DNA of 44,188 nucleotides from Candidatus Nanoarchaeia archaeon (GCA_035506455.1 DATJPJ010000080.1:1-44188), one strand, 5' to 3'; shown: positions 15,459 to 23,629, counted from the first letter of the stretch. Numbers and translations are program-made. The notes: generated from the sequence alone by a model not told the origin.

Positions 15459-16334
15459 ATGAAAACGTCCATGGCAGTCATCGTAATCTTCATTTCATTG
15501 TTTTTTGCGATTGGTATGCATTTTCAGGTGGCAAAAGGAAATCCAACGGGTTTTGGTCCACCAAATCCCACTCAACCTGTTGAAGACCCCCCAACAATTG
15601 ATATTCAGTTTCCAGAAAACATAACCTATTATGGGAGTATTGTGCCGCTAAACGTTACTGTTACTCAGCCTATTTCGTGGTACGTGGAACAGTACCCCAG
15701 ACAACTAGCACCGCTTAACACTATCAAATCGGTAAACTGTGTCATTGACGGGCAACAATTTGTCTTATGGAATGGGACACTCGTTAATCAAGGCCTTAAT
15801 CAAGCCATTAGCTTTGACCTTCCCAGTGCGTGTCAGTTTGCGGCTTTAATAGAAGCTGGCTCAGGAGAGCATACATTGGAGGTAGATGTAGGCACGCAAG
15901 TCTTGTACTATCCGAGGGCAGGTTTCTTTCCAAGTTCCTTAACCATGAATGCTTCTCAAAATGTCACTTTCACAGTGGAAACAAGTCTAGCTGTTTCTGA
16001 AACAACGGTATCTTCCATAGAGCCACCAACTCCAACTTCGAATTACTTACCTTTAGTAATGGTGACACCCACGCCAAATCCAGGACTTACTCTATCTCCA
16101 TCAGCTACTCATTCTCCAAACCCATCTCCAACTTCAACTGTAAACCTAATCATAACTCCTTCACCTTCTCCAACACAGCAACCAATACCAGAACCCAGTG
16201 CAACACCAAATAATGCCCAAGAAAACTTTACGTCAACGCTATTCATAACTGCCTTATTGGTTGCTTTAGTCATTGCATTGCTGGTCTACTTGAGGAAAAA
16301 GGGGAAGATAATGTGGATTAGAATGCATTCGTAG
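15459..16334 (+). CDS. exported protein with P/T/S stalk and C-terminal TM anchor
   Basis: The ATG at 15459 is preferred because the track start 15453 is a TTG. It has a signal peptide, the stalk PTPNPGLTLSPSATHSPNPSPTS...TPSPSPTQQP, then QEN-TM-RKKGK. It begins 9 nt after the preceding gene. Confidence 0.7.
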   Translation: MKTSMAVIVIFISLFFAIGMHFQVAKGNPTGFGPPNPTQPVEDPPTIDIQFPENITYYGSIVPLNVTVTQPISWYVEQYPRQLAPLNTIKSVNCVIDGQQFVLWNGTLVNQGLNQAISFDLPSACQFAALIEAGSGEHTLEVDVGTQVLYYPRAGFFPSSLTMNASQNVTFTVETSLAVSETTVSSIEPPTPTSNYLPLVMVTPTPNPGLTLSPSATHSPNPSPTSTVNLIITPSPSPTQQPIPEPSATPNNAQENFTSTLFITALLVALVIALLVYLRKKGKIMWIRMHS

Positions 16335-16376
16335 TTGCAAAAATAGCATTATTAGTTTTGAGGAAAGAGAAGCCGC

Positions 16377-16694
16377 CTAAGGCGGCGGAGTAATTTTTAT
16401 GGCCCCCGTTGGGCATTGTGTTTCGCATGCAAGACATTGGATGCAGTCGGGTTCACGTGCCGGGTCAGAACGTTTGTCTCCGCTGGGTGTTTGACCCCAG
16501 TCATAGAGAGAAACTGGGCAGACGCTGATGCATACGCCGTCTCCGACGCAGATGTCCCAGTCGACGGCTGAGTAGGTTCCGTGGATGCCCAGTTTGCCGG
16601 GTTCGTTTGCGCCCCAGACTTTGTGGCCGTTGTGTTCGCTTGTAACTTTTCGTTTGGTTTGAAAATCAGGGTCAATTGGCAAAAAATTCACCAT
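16377..16694 (-). CDS. zinc-containing dicluster ferredoxin (Sulfolobus Zfx-like)
   Basis: The N-terminal His-rich extension SEHNGHKVWG...LGIHGT is followed by DICVGDGVCISVCP and CIQCLACETQCP. This resembles the Sulfolobus zinc ferredoxin as I recall it. Confidence 0.85.
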   Translation of the reverse strand: MVNFLPIDPDFQTKRKVTSEHNGHKVWGANEPGKLGIHGTYSAVDWDICVGDGVCISVCPVSLYDWGQTPSGDKRSDPAREPDCIQCLACETQCPTGAIKITPPP

Positions 16695-16784
16695 TTTCTA
16701 GTCGGCGACCCGGGAATATTAGCTTTTTGCTGTTTGCTTGCCAAAAAAGTTTTGAGCACATATGTGGTGTATAGTTTGGTTTGT

Positions 16785-17567
16785 ATGTCGCATTATTACA
16801 TGCCTAAGGGCATGCGCCCTTCCACTTTGGAGGAACGCAAAGAGTTCTATACCAACGATTTTGCCGTCGGAAAAGTCTCAGATTGGCTTGCTGGGCGGCA
16901 AGGTAAGACAAAGTTCGCAGTCATTATAGGCAGGCACACAAAAATTTATCCTAAAGAGTACGCGGAAGACGCGGAAACCACCATTATAATTGATGATTAT
17001 GTTGACTTGGCAGATGTTCGAAATCAAGTACTGGAGTTTGTGCCCGAGTCTGTCTACTATGACCGAACATGCTATGACAAAGATGGTGCTGCTATAGGCC
17101 AAGAACTTGCGTTCGACCTAGATCCCGAAAACATAGCTTGCCCCGTTCATGGGACGTTGGCGGATAAGATGGCGAGGGGTCAAGGTCTAGGTTTTTGTGA
17201 AATTGAACTTGGTCTTGTGAAAGAGCAAGCAGTTAGCTTGTATGAGCATTTGGCGAAGCAGTTTTCGCGGTTGAGGATAGTCTATTCGGGTAGGGGTTTT
17301 CACATTCATGTCTTCGACACAGATGCCTACTCGTTAAGAACCAAGGCAAGGCTTGAACTGGCGGAAAAAGTGAAATCTTTGGGTTTTGAAATCGATGCTT
17401 GGGTAACGGCGGGTGAAATGCGGCTTATACGCTTGCCTTTCAGTTTGCATGGCATGGTCTCACGCGTGGCCATTCCGTTAGAGAAAAATGAAATTGAGAA
17501 GTTTAACCCTATCCAAGACGCGCGGTGCATCCCGGCGTTCCTGAAACAAGAGTTTACTTCTTCTTAA
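16785..17567 (+). CDS. priS: DNA primase catalytic (small) subunit PriS, compact form
   Basis: The internal ATG at 16785 is used because the track extension overlaps the ferredoxin gene. Motifs ERKEFYTNDF, ELAFDLD, IVYSGRGFHIHV and RLIRLPFSLH match archaeal PriS motifs recalled from Pyrococcus p41. Confidence 0.75.
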   Translation: MSHYYMPKGMRPSTLEERKEFYTNDFAVGKVSDWLAGRQGKTKFAVIIGRHTKIYPKEYAEDAETTIIIDDYVDLADVRNQVLEFVPESVYYDRTCYDKDGAAIGQELAFDLDPENIACPVHGTLADKMARGQGLGFCEIELGLVKEQAVSLYEHLAKQFSRLRIVYSGRGFHIHVFDTDAYSLRTKARLELAEKVKSLGFEIDAWVTAGEMRLIRLPFSLHGMVSRVAIPLEKNEIEKFNPIQDARCIPAFLKQEFTSS

Positions 17568-17649
17568 CTTCTGATGCTTTCTTTTCTTTCTTCACGTAAT
17601 ACTCTTTCTTTTTCTTTTCTTCTTCTGCCTTCTTTTTAGCTGCAGCCAT
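17554..17649 (-). CDS. candidate 31-aa lysine-rich micro-protein (MAAAKKKAEEEKKKKEYYVKKEKKASEVKKK)
   Basis: Hand-translated. GGTGAT lies 4 nt upstream of the ATG at 17649. It overlaps the priS 3' end by 14 nt. It is below the ORF-track size cut-off and is low-complexity, so it could be chance. Confidence 0.25.
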   Translation of the reverse strand: MAAAKKKAEEEKKKKEYYVKKEKKASEVKKK

Positions 17650-17740
17650 AAAATCACCACTAGCACTATGAAAGGTGGAAAATAAAAGAGTTTTGTGGCT
17701 CTCCTTTTTGCACAGGCCCGCTTTTTTTTGAAAAGTTTAT

Positions 17741-19153
17741 TTGGTTCCAAAACCAAACCTAATTGTTGAGGCTAATTTTGTGGAACGTTTTGACGTACTT
17801 GTAATAGGCTCGGGCAGTGGCATGTTAATTGCCAGTGTTGCAGTGGAAAGCGGTCTTCGAACCGCCGTCGTTGATTTTGGACCTATGGGCGGGACTTGTT
17901 CTAATCGTGGATGTATCCCTTCTAAAATGCTCATTTATCCCTCTGATGTTGCAACGCTTGTTCACGGAGCAGGAAAGCTGGGGGTTAACGCGCAAGTTAA
18001 CTCGGTTGACTTTGGTAACATTATGATGCGAATGCACCATTTGGTTAATGAAGACAGTGGCAACCAAGCCGCAGCGGTAGAAGCGACGCCGGGAATGAAG
18101 TGGTTTAAAACCGTTGGCGAATTCGTCGATGATTATACTCTAAAATTAGGCAACGAAACAATCACGGCGGAACGCATTTTCATAGTTTCAGGTTCGAGGG
18201 TGAAGATCCCCAATCTCAAAGGCTTAAGTTCAGTGCCTTATCTTACGAGCGACACGGTTTTAGAATTACAGGCACCGCCTAAAAGCCTCATTATATTGGG
18301 CGGAGGCTACGTTGGCGTAGAGTATGCGCATTTCTTTTCAGGCATTGGCACAAAAACTACTCTGATACAGCGACCGGTAACCCTTCTTAAAAATGAAGAG
18401 CCTGAAGTCAGTGACCTTCTCAAAATCGAACTGCAAAAGCGCCTTGATCTGTTCACGGGTTATGAAGCAGAAGAAGTAAAACAAGAAGGAAGCGAGATAA
18501 TTGTCATCGCTAAAAACTTGGCAGATGGCAGTCAAAAGGAATTTCGTGCGGAGGCACTGATGATTGCTGTGGGAAGACAGTCTAATTCTGATCTTCTCAA
18601 GCCCGAGCGAACAGGAGTCAAACTGGACGAGAACGGCTACATAATGGTCAATAATTTTCTTGAAACGGGTAAGAAGAATATTTGGGCCTTCGGCGACGCC
18701 ATTGGCAGGTACATGTTTAAGCATGTTGCTAACTACGAAGCTGGTATCGCTTGGCATAATTCAGTTCATGATCACAAAGCAGAAGTGGATTATTCTTCAG
18801 TGCCGCATGCTGTATTTACTGATCCCCAGGTTGCATCCGTCGGGCTAAAGGAAGCAGAGGCGAAGCAGCAAGGACACAAAATCTTGGTTGGTAAAGCATT
18901 TTACAAGGATACTGCAATGGGCGCCGCCATGGGTTTTCCAGAAGGCTTTGTTAAAGTCATTGTGGAAAATAGCACAGGCAAAATTTTGGGAGCCCACATC
19001 ATCGGTCCGGAGGCTTCAATTTTGATTCAGGAAATAATAAACGCCATGAACACCGAGGACAAAAGCTACGAACCCATCATCAGAAGCATGCATATCCATC
19101 CCGCTTTATCAGAAGTAGTCCAGAATGCCTTTGAATATCTTAGGCCTGGCTGA
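17741..19153 (+). CDS. class I pyridine nucleotide-disulfide oxidoreductase (dihydrolipoamide dehydrogenase/glutathione reductase-like)
   Basis: It has a GSGSG FAD fold, the redox-active GGTCSNRGCIPSK, a second Rossmann fold GGGYVGVE and a C-terminal HIHPALSE dyad. The 17741 start is a TTG. GTG 17780 would give the more typical MERFDVLVIGSG start. Confidence 0.85.
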   Translation: MVPKPNLIVEANFVERFDVLVIGSGSGMLIASVAVESGLRTAVVDFGPMGGTCSNRGCIPSKMLIYPSDVATLVHGAGKLGVNAQVNSVDFGNIMMRMHHLVNEDSGNQAAAVEATPGMKWFKTVGEFVDDYTLKLGNETITAERIFIVSGSRVKIPNLKGLSSVPYLTSDTVLELQAPPKSLIILGGGYVGVEYAHFFSGIGTKTTLIQRPVTLLKNEEPEVSDLLKIELQKRLDLFTGYEAEEVKQEGSEIIVIAKNLADGSQKEFRAEALMIAVGRQSNSDLLKPERTGVKLDENGYIMVNNFLETGKKNIWAFGDAIGRYMFKHVANYEAGIAWHNSVHDHKAEVDYSSVPHAVFTDPQVASVGLKEAEAKQQGHKILVGKAFYKDTAMGAAMGFPEGFVKVIVENSTGKILGAHIIGPEASILIQEIINAMNTEDKSYEPIIRSMHIHPALSEVVQNAFEYLRPG

Positions 19154-19224
19154 AATGGTAGCTAATTCAGCTAAAAAGTTATATGCTCCAATAGTCAACA
19201 GTTTCTAGCAGAGCTGATTTTGTT

Positions 19225-19509
19225 ATGAACATTTCTAAAGTCTCAGGCAAAAACTCTAAGCACCAGGTTCTCGTTTACGCGCTTAGCACATGCGTTTGGT
19301 GCAAAATGACTAAGCAGTACTTGAAAGATAACGAAGTCGAATTTGAATTCGTCGATGTTGACCTTAGCACAGAGGCAGACAGAGACAAGATCCGTAAACA
19401 TATTCAAGATTTGGGCGGTGCCCTTAGCTATCCCACTATTATCGTGGACAGCAAAAAGGTCATCACGGGTTTCCGCAAAGACCTTCTCAAGAAGGAGTTG
19501 GAATTGTGA
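19225..19509 (+). CDS. glutaredoxin/NrdH-like small redoxin (CVWC)
   Basis: 94 aa with VLVYALSTCVWCKMTKQYL and YPTIIVD, a thioredoxin-fold pattern. The stop overlaps the next gene's start (GTGA). Confidence 0.8.
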   Translation: MNISKVSGKNSKHQVLVYALSTCVWCKMTKQYLKDNEVEFEFVDVDLSTEADRDKIRKHIQDLGGALSYPTIIVDSKKVITGFRKDLLKKELEL

Positions 19510-20063
19510 CCGGCACGATAGAAGATTTCCGCAAGCGCGCCGAAGCGGATGCTAAAACTAACGGTTGCTACTTGATTCCCGATGCTGACCTTCTTCAGTC
19601 TTTTCTTGATGGGCTCAAAACCAACGAGGAACGCTATGGCTATCCCTCTTGTCCATGCCGCCTTGCCTCTGGCGTCTTCGAATTGGACAGAGACATTATC
19701 TGTCCTTGTGACTACCGTGACCCAGATGTGGCCCAATATGGGGCTTGTTACTGTCGTCTGTATGTTAACAAAGAAGTTTCTGAAGGCAAAAAGGAACTCC
19801 CTATAGTTCCCGAACGCAGACCAATGGACAAGCAAGCAAGAGCTTTCAGTGCCGCGAGTGCACCAAAAGAAGCCAGAACCTCTGCAAAAGCCCCCTTGGA
19901 GGAAGAAAAAGAAGAAATGGTCAAAATAGGACCCAAAATGTGGTACTGCAAACAATGCGGCTACGTCGTCTTCAGGGAAGACCCACCTTACGTGTGTCCA
20001 ATCTGCAAAGCAAAACGAGAATTCTTTGCTGAAATAAAAACAAAAGTGCAGTTTTCCGGTTAG
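19506..20063 (+). CDS. ferredoxin:thioredoxin reductase catalytic-subunit homolog fused to C-terminal rubredoxin (FDR-like)
   Basis: The CPC...CPC...CYC cysteine pattern of FTR-B (SCPCRL, ICPCDY, ACYCRL) is followed by an E/K linker and the rubredoxin knuckles CKQC...CPIC. The GTG start overlaps the upstream stop. Confidence 0.8.
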   Translation: MTGTIEDFRKRAEADAKTNGCYLIPDADLLQSFLDGLKTNEERYGYPSCPCRLASGVFELDRDIICPCDYRDPDVAQYGACYCRLYVNKEVSEGKKELPIVPERRPMDKQARAFSAASAPKEARTSAKAPLEEEKEEMVKIGPKMWYCKQCGYVVFREDPPYVCPICKAKREFFAEIKTKVQFSG

Positions 20064-20076
20064 TCCGGATTTCTGC

Positions 20077-20226
20077 TTATTGTGTAATTTCTACCTCTAT
20101 TTTCTTCCAATCTTCTTTTATTCCTTTGAGGGTAGATATTCCACCGACAATAGTTCCCTGCACAAATTTTTCGACAAACTCGTTAAGAGGGATATCTTTT
20201 CCATCAACCTTCAGTTTCATTCCCAT
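20077..20226 (-). CDS. candidate 49-aa protein (MGMKLKVDGKDIPLNEFVEKFVQGTIVGGISTLKGIKEDWKKIEVEITQ)
   Basis: Hand-translated. AGGTGA lies 6 nt upstream of the ATG at 20226. The composition is globular rather than low-complexity. It converges on the FDR gene with a 13-nt gap and is below the track cut-off. Confidence 0.5.
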   Translation of the reverse strand: MGMKLKVDGKDIPLNEFVEKFVQGTIVGGISTLKGIKEDWKKIEVEITQ

Positions 20227-20733
20227 TCTGTTCACCTAAAAGAAAGTCAAGCGTTTCTGACTAAAAGTTTTGCGGCGAAAAACTATTCAAGCGAACGCAG
20301 TTGGAGGGCGATAGAATGCGAAGCGACCCCTGAACCAGCAAGAGGAGATGATTGCTTTTCTTTGGGCGTCTGCTTCAGATTGAGACTAATGTTCATCATG
20401 TTAGTCTTCTTTTCTCATTCTACGCCAAACTCCAATTCGGGTGCTCATGTTAAGGCACTTCTCGTGTCTCAAGTTTTTTGTGTGCGTTTGTTTTTTAATC
20501 ACCACCGTTTGTCTCTTATACTGGATGTATGTCGGGTAAAATTTAAATTATTTTGAGATTTGTTCATAAATATTATTAAAAATTATGCAATTATCCAAGC
20601 ATTAAAAGGCACAACGATATTGGTCAGGCTGTCAAGCGTCCGTCTTGAGCATTAGTGCAACTTAAAATATTGGTGGATCTCATAAATCAAATGTTGCAGT
20701 CTGAGTGATCTTATCAAATAGGGAGGAAAGTAA

Positions 20734-21393
20734 TTGAAAGTACCTAAAATCTACCTTGAACCGAAAGAACGCGCAGCCGAAATAATCAATATCTTAGAAA
20801 AACAGTTTCCTGACGCAAAAATTGCTTTAGATTACTCTACTCCCCTTGAACTGCTTGTGGCTACTATCTTGTCTGCGCAAAGCACGGATGTTACGATTAA
20901 TCAAATTACTAAAAAATTATTTAAGAAATACACAAAACCTGAAGATTACGCAAATGCCGAAATAACAGAGCTTGAACAGGACATTAAATCGTCAGGATTC
21001 TATCATAACAAAGCTAAGAACATCCAAAAGGCTGCGCAGCTACTCGTCGAAAAATTCGGTGGCAAAGTCCCCGAGACAATGGAGGATCTCATGGAGCTGC
21101 CTGGCGTAGCTAGAAAAACTGCAAATATTGTCATTTATGGGGCGTATGGAAAAGTCGAAGGTGTTGCGGTCGATACTCATGTACGCCGCCTCTCGCAGAG
21201 GCTGGGACTTACAAAGAATGAAGACCCTGAAAAGATCGAGCAAGACCTTATGCGATTGGTTCCTAAAGAAAAGTGGATGCACTTGGCGAATTTGCTGATT
21301 TTCCACGGAAGACAAGTCTGCTTCGCCAAGAAGCCGAATTGTGCTGGTTGCGAGCTGAATAAGATTTGCCCTCGCGCATTTGCCTTTGAGTAG
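20734..21393 (+). CDS. nth: endonuclease III (DNA glycosylase/AP lyase)
   Basis: It has the HhH-GPD motifs LVATILSAQSTD and LPGVARKTANIV and the C-terminal cluster CFAKKPNCAGCELNKIC. The TTG start is preceded by GGGAGG. Confidence 0.9.
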   Translation: MKVPKIYLEPKERAAEIINILEKQFPDAKIALDYSTPLELLVATILSAQSTDVTINQITKKLFKKYTKPEDYANAEITELEQDIKSSGFYHNKAKNIQKAAQLLVEKFGGKVPETMEDLMELPGVARKTANIVIYGAYGKVEGVAVDTHVRRLSQRLGLTKNEDPEKIEQDLMRLVPKEKWMHLANLLIFHGRQVCFAKKPNCAGCELNKICPRAFAFE

Positions 21394-21427
21394 AAACGCT
21401 ATTGATTTATAGGCGATTCAGCCTAAG

Positions 21428-21943
21428 ATGGTTAAGGTTTTTGACATGTCCTCCGTAAAGCCTTTGCCTCACACTCCAAGAGTTGGAGAAGCAGCGCCCG
21501 ACTTCATACTTCCAGATACGAACTTGAAAATGTGCGAACTTCGATCTTTTCAAGGGGAGAAGGTGGTTCTTGCATTTTTTGTCGGTGCCTTCACCAATGT
21601 TTGTACAAAGGAAATGTGCTCTTTTCGCGACAGTATGTATAGGCTCATTGACCTAAAGTCTCAAGTAATAGGAATAAGCGTTAACGATCCTTACTCAAAC
21701 AAAGCATTCGCTGAGAAAAACGAACTCACTTTCCCGATCCTTAGTGATGTCAACCGCGAAGTCGTGAAAGCTTACAATCTTGAATCTCCAGACTTTGCAG
21801 GTATCAAAGGTTACACAGTTTCCAAACGAAGCATATTTGTTCTTGACCGAAAAGGTATCGTCCGCTACACTTGGATAACTGAGGATCCGGCGGTCGAGCC
21901 TCCCTACGATAAGATAATTCAGGTTCTTTCTGAAATTAATTAG
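21428..21943 (+). CDS. bcp: peroxiredoxin, Bcp/AhpC-TSA family
   Basis: GEAAPDFILPD and FFVGAFTNVCTKEMCSF, with the peroxidatic Cys in VCT. Confidence 0.85.
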   Translation: MVKVFDMSSVKPLPHTPRVGEAAPDFILPDTNLKMCELRSFQGEKVVLAFFVGAFTNVCTKEMCSFRDSMYRLIDLKSQVIGISVNDPYSNKAFAEKNELTFPILSDVNREVVKAYNLESPDFAGIKGYTVSKRSIFVLDRKGIVRYTWITEDPAVEPPYDKIIQVLSEIN

Positions 21944-21988
21944 TCCTCTTGCTTTTTCTTAAAGTAAAGCGACAGAGTAATGTAGCGC

Positions 21989-22405
21989 CTATGTTGATTC
22001 GAACTCTACAAGTTCGAATTTAATCATCTTCGGATATAGCCAATATGCTTTGATGAATTCATCCATAGGTCGGTCTACATCAACAACTTTGAAAAACTCT
22101 GCAGCGCCGGGTGGTGCCGCCTCGGTGTTCTGTGCAGTGTACACTTTTATCGAAGCGAAGTATTCTTTGGAAACTTCCAGGCTTTCCAAAGAAACCTCCA
22201 TTGGGACGTCAATAGCGAACGATAGGTTGGTTGCCAAATCGACTGCGGCAATTTTCCGCACTTTGTCATTTTTCGCTTTTATGGATATGGTTCTTCGATC
22301 GAAAATACGGTACACCCACTCACTCGCCTTAGAAAGCGAATCGGACAAAACATCACATCCATAAGAGTATTCTTCTTTGTCCGTTAATTCTTTTCGGGTG
22401 TTCAA
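21989..22405 (-). CDS. hypothetical protein
   Basis: 138-aa ORF of normal composition with no motif I recognise. Confidence 0.5.
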   Translation of the reverse strand: MNTRKELTDKEEYSYGCDVLSDSLSKASEWVYRIFDRRTISIKAKNDKVRKIAAVDLATNLSFAIDVPMEVSLESLEVSKEYFASIKVYTAQNTEAAPPGAAEFFKVVDVDRPMDEFIKAYWLYPKMIKFELVEFEST

Positions 22406-22476
22406 TACTTACCAATGATTATGGTAATGATTTAAAAGGCGCTAGCAACATAACAGACGTCTGGAGAAAAGCAGAC

Positions 22477-22800
22477 ATGAACAAAAACATCAAAACAGTT
22501 GGGCAAATCGCTTCTATATTTGGTATAATTTTCATTGTTTTCGCGGTCATCGCTGCAATTGTAAACTATCAAGGCCTAACTTTGTCAAACCCTGGCAGTA
22601 GTCTGAGCTTGCAAATTCTTCAATACTACATCCTAAACGCTATGATTCCATATCTGCTGTATGCTGCGCTCTCTTTCACGGTTGCAGGTGTCATCATGCG
22701 GTCGACAAGGGAACCCGTTGAGCCTGAAGAAGTTGTTGTTGAAGAAATGAAACCGGCGGAAATGCCCCCAGAACAGGAGCGCGATGAGCCAACCCCGTAG
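22477..22800 (+). CDS. small membrane protein (2 predicted TM helices, acidic P/E tail)
   Basis: 107 aa with two long hydrophobic segments. GGAGA lies upstream of the ATG. Confidence 0.55.
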   Translation: MNKNIKTVGQIASIFGIIFIVFAVIAAIVNYQGLTLSNPGSSLSLQILQYYILNAMIPYLLYAALSFTVAGVIMRSTREPVEPEEVVVEEMKPAEMPPEQERDEPTP

Positions 22801-22816
22801 GCATTCGACGATTTTC

Positions 22817-23629
22817 TCACTTTGAAAAGAGTGCCGGCGAAAGATGCCGTTTTTTCTGTTCTTTCTTTTTAGAATCCCATTCATTCAAGATTAAGGCGGC
22901 TTCGTTCGCGATTTTGATAGCATTTTCTTCCCCTGCATGAGGCTTGAACTCCCCCGTGACGTGACTGTTGTAAACTGCCAACACCGCGCCGGCTCTCAAA
23001 CCAAAGATACTCGCTAACGTGAATAGCGTAGCCGTCTCCATTTCAACATTCAAAACCCCTGCTTTTTGCAGGGCTGGAACCAAGTTCTCTTCAGTGGTTA
23101 GTCCCTTTCGAGTTGGGTGGTTTTGTCCTGCGTAGAAGTCCGTCGTTGTTGCTGTCACGCCGACGTGATAATTGCATATTTCAAGTCGTTCGGCAGCCTC
23201 GATAAGGGCTAAGAGCACTTCATAATTCGCTGCTGCTGGGTATTCTGGTATGATGTAACAGTTGCTAGCTGCGTCTAGACGAACGGCAGCTGAGGTAATT
23301 ACCACGTCGCCAGGTTTCACATTTGGTTGCAGTGATCCAGTGCTGCCCACCCTGATAAAGTTCTTGACCCCTATTCGTGAAGCTTCGTTAACTACGATTG
23401 CCATGCACGCGGGGCCGATGCCGCTGGAGAGCGCCGACAGATGAATACTGCGATAGACTCCTCTTGCGCTGCGAAATTCACGGTTGCTAGCTACTTCTTC
23501 GGAATTATCCCAAGTGCGTGCGATTTTCGGGATCCGGTCTGGATCTCCTGGGACAATTAGTGTCTCATCCAGGTCGCCTGCTCCACAACCTATATGGTAT
23601 TGCTTGCCTTCGTCCGTCTTGGAATGCAT
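22817..23629 (-). CDS. nucleoside phosphorylase, PNP/UDP family 1 (likely uridine phosphorylase)
   Basis: Motifs VPGDPDR, IRVGSTGSLQ, GDVVITSAAVRLD and VEMETATLF. Confidence 0.8.
   Translation of the reverse strand: MHSKTDEGKQYHIGCGAGDLDETLIVPGDPDRIPKIARTWDNSEEVASNREFRSARGVYRSIHLSALSSGIGPACMAIVVNEASRIGVKNFIRVGSTGSLQPNVKPGDVVITSAAVRLDAASNCYIIPEYPAAANYEVLLALIEAAERLEICNYHVGVTATTTDFYAGQNHPTRKGLTTEENLVPALQKAGVLNVEMETATLFTLASIFGLRAGAVLAVYNSHVTGEFKPHAGEENAIKIANEAALILNEWDSKKKEQKKRHLSPALFSK

Noticed and set aside
20080-20556. 158-aa plus-strand ORF downstream of the FDR gene.
   Set aside because: It is low-complexity and F/L/S-rich, has no SD site, and overlaps the better-supported 49-aa minus-strand ORF. 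The rest of the interval looks intergenic.
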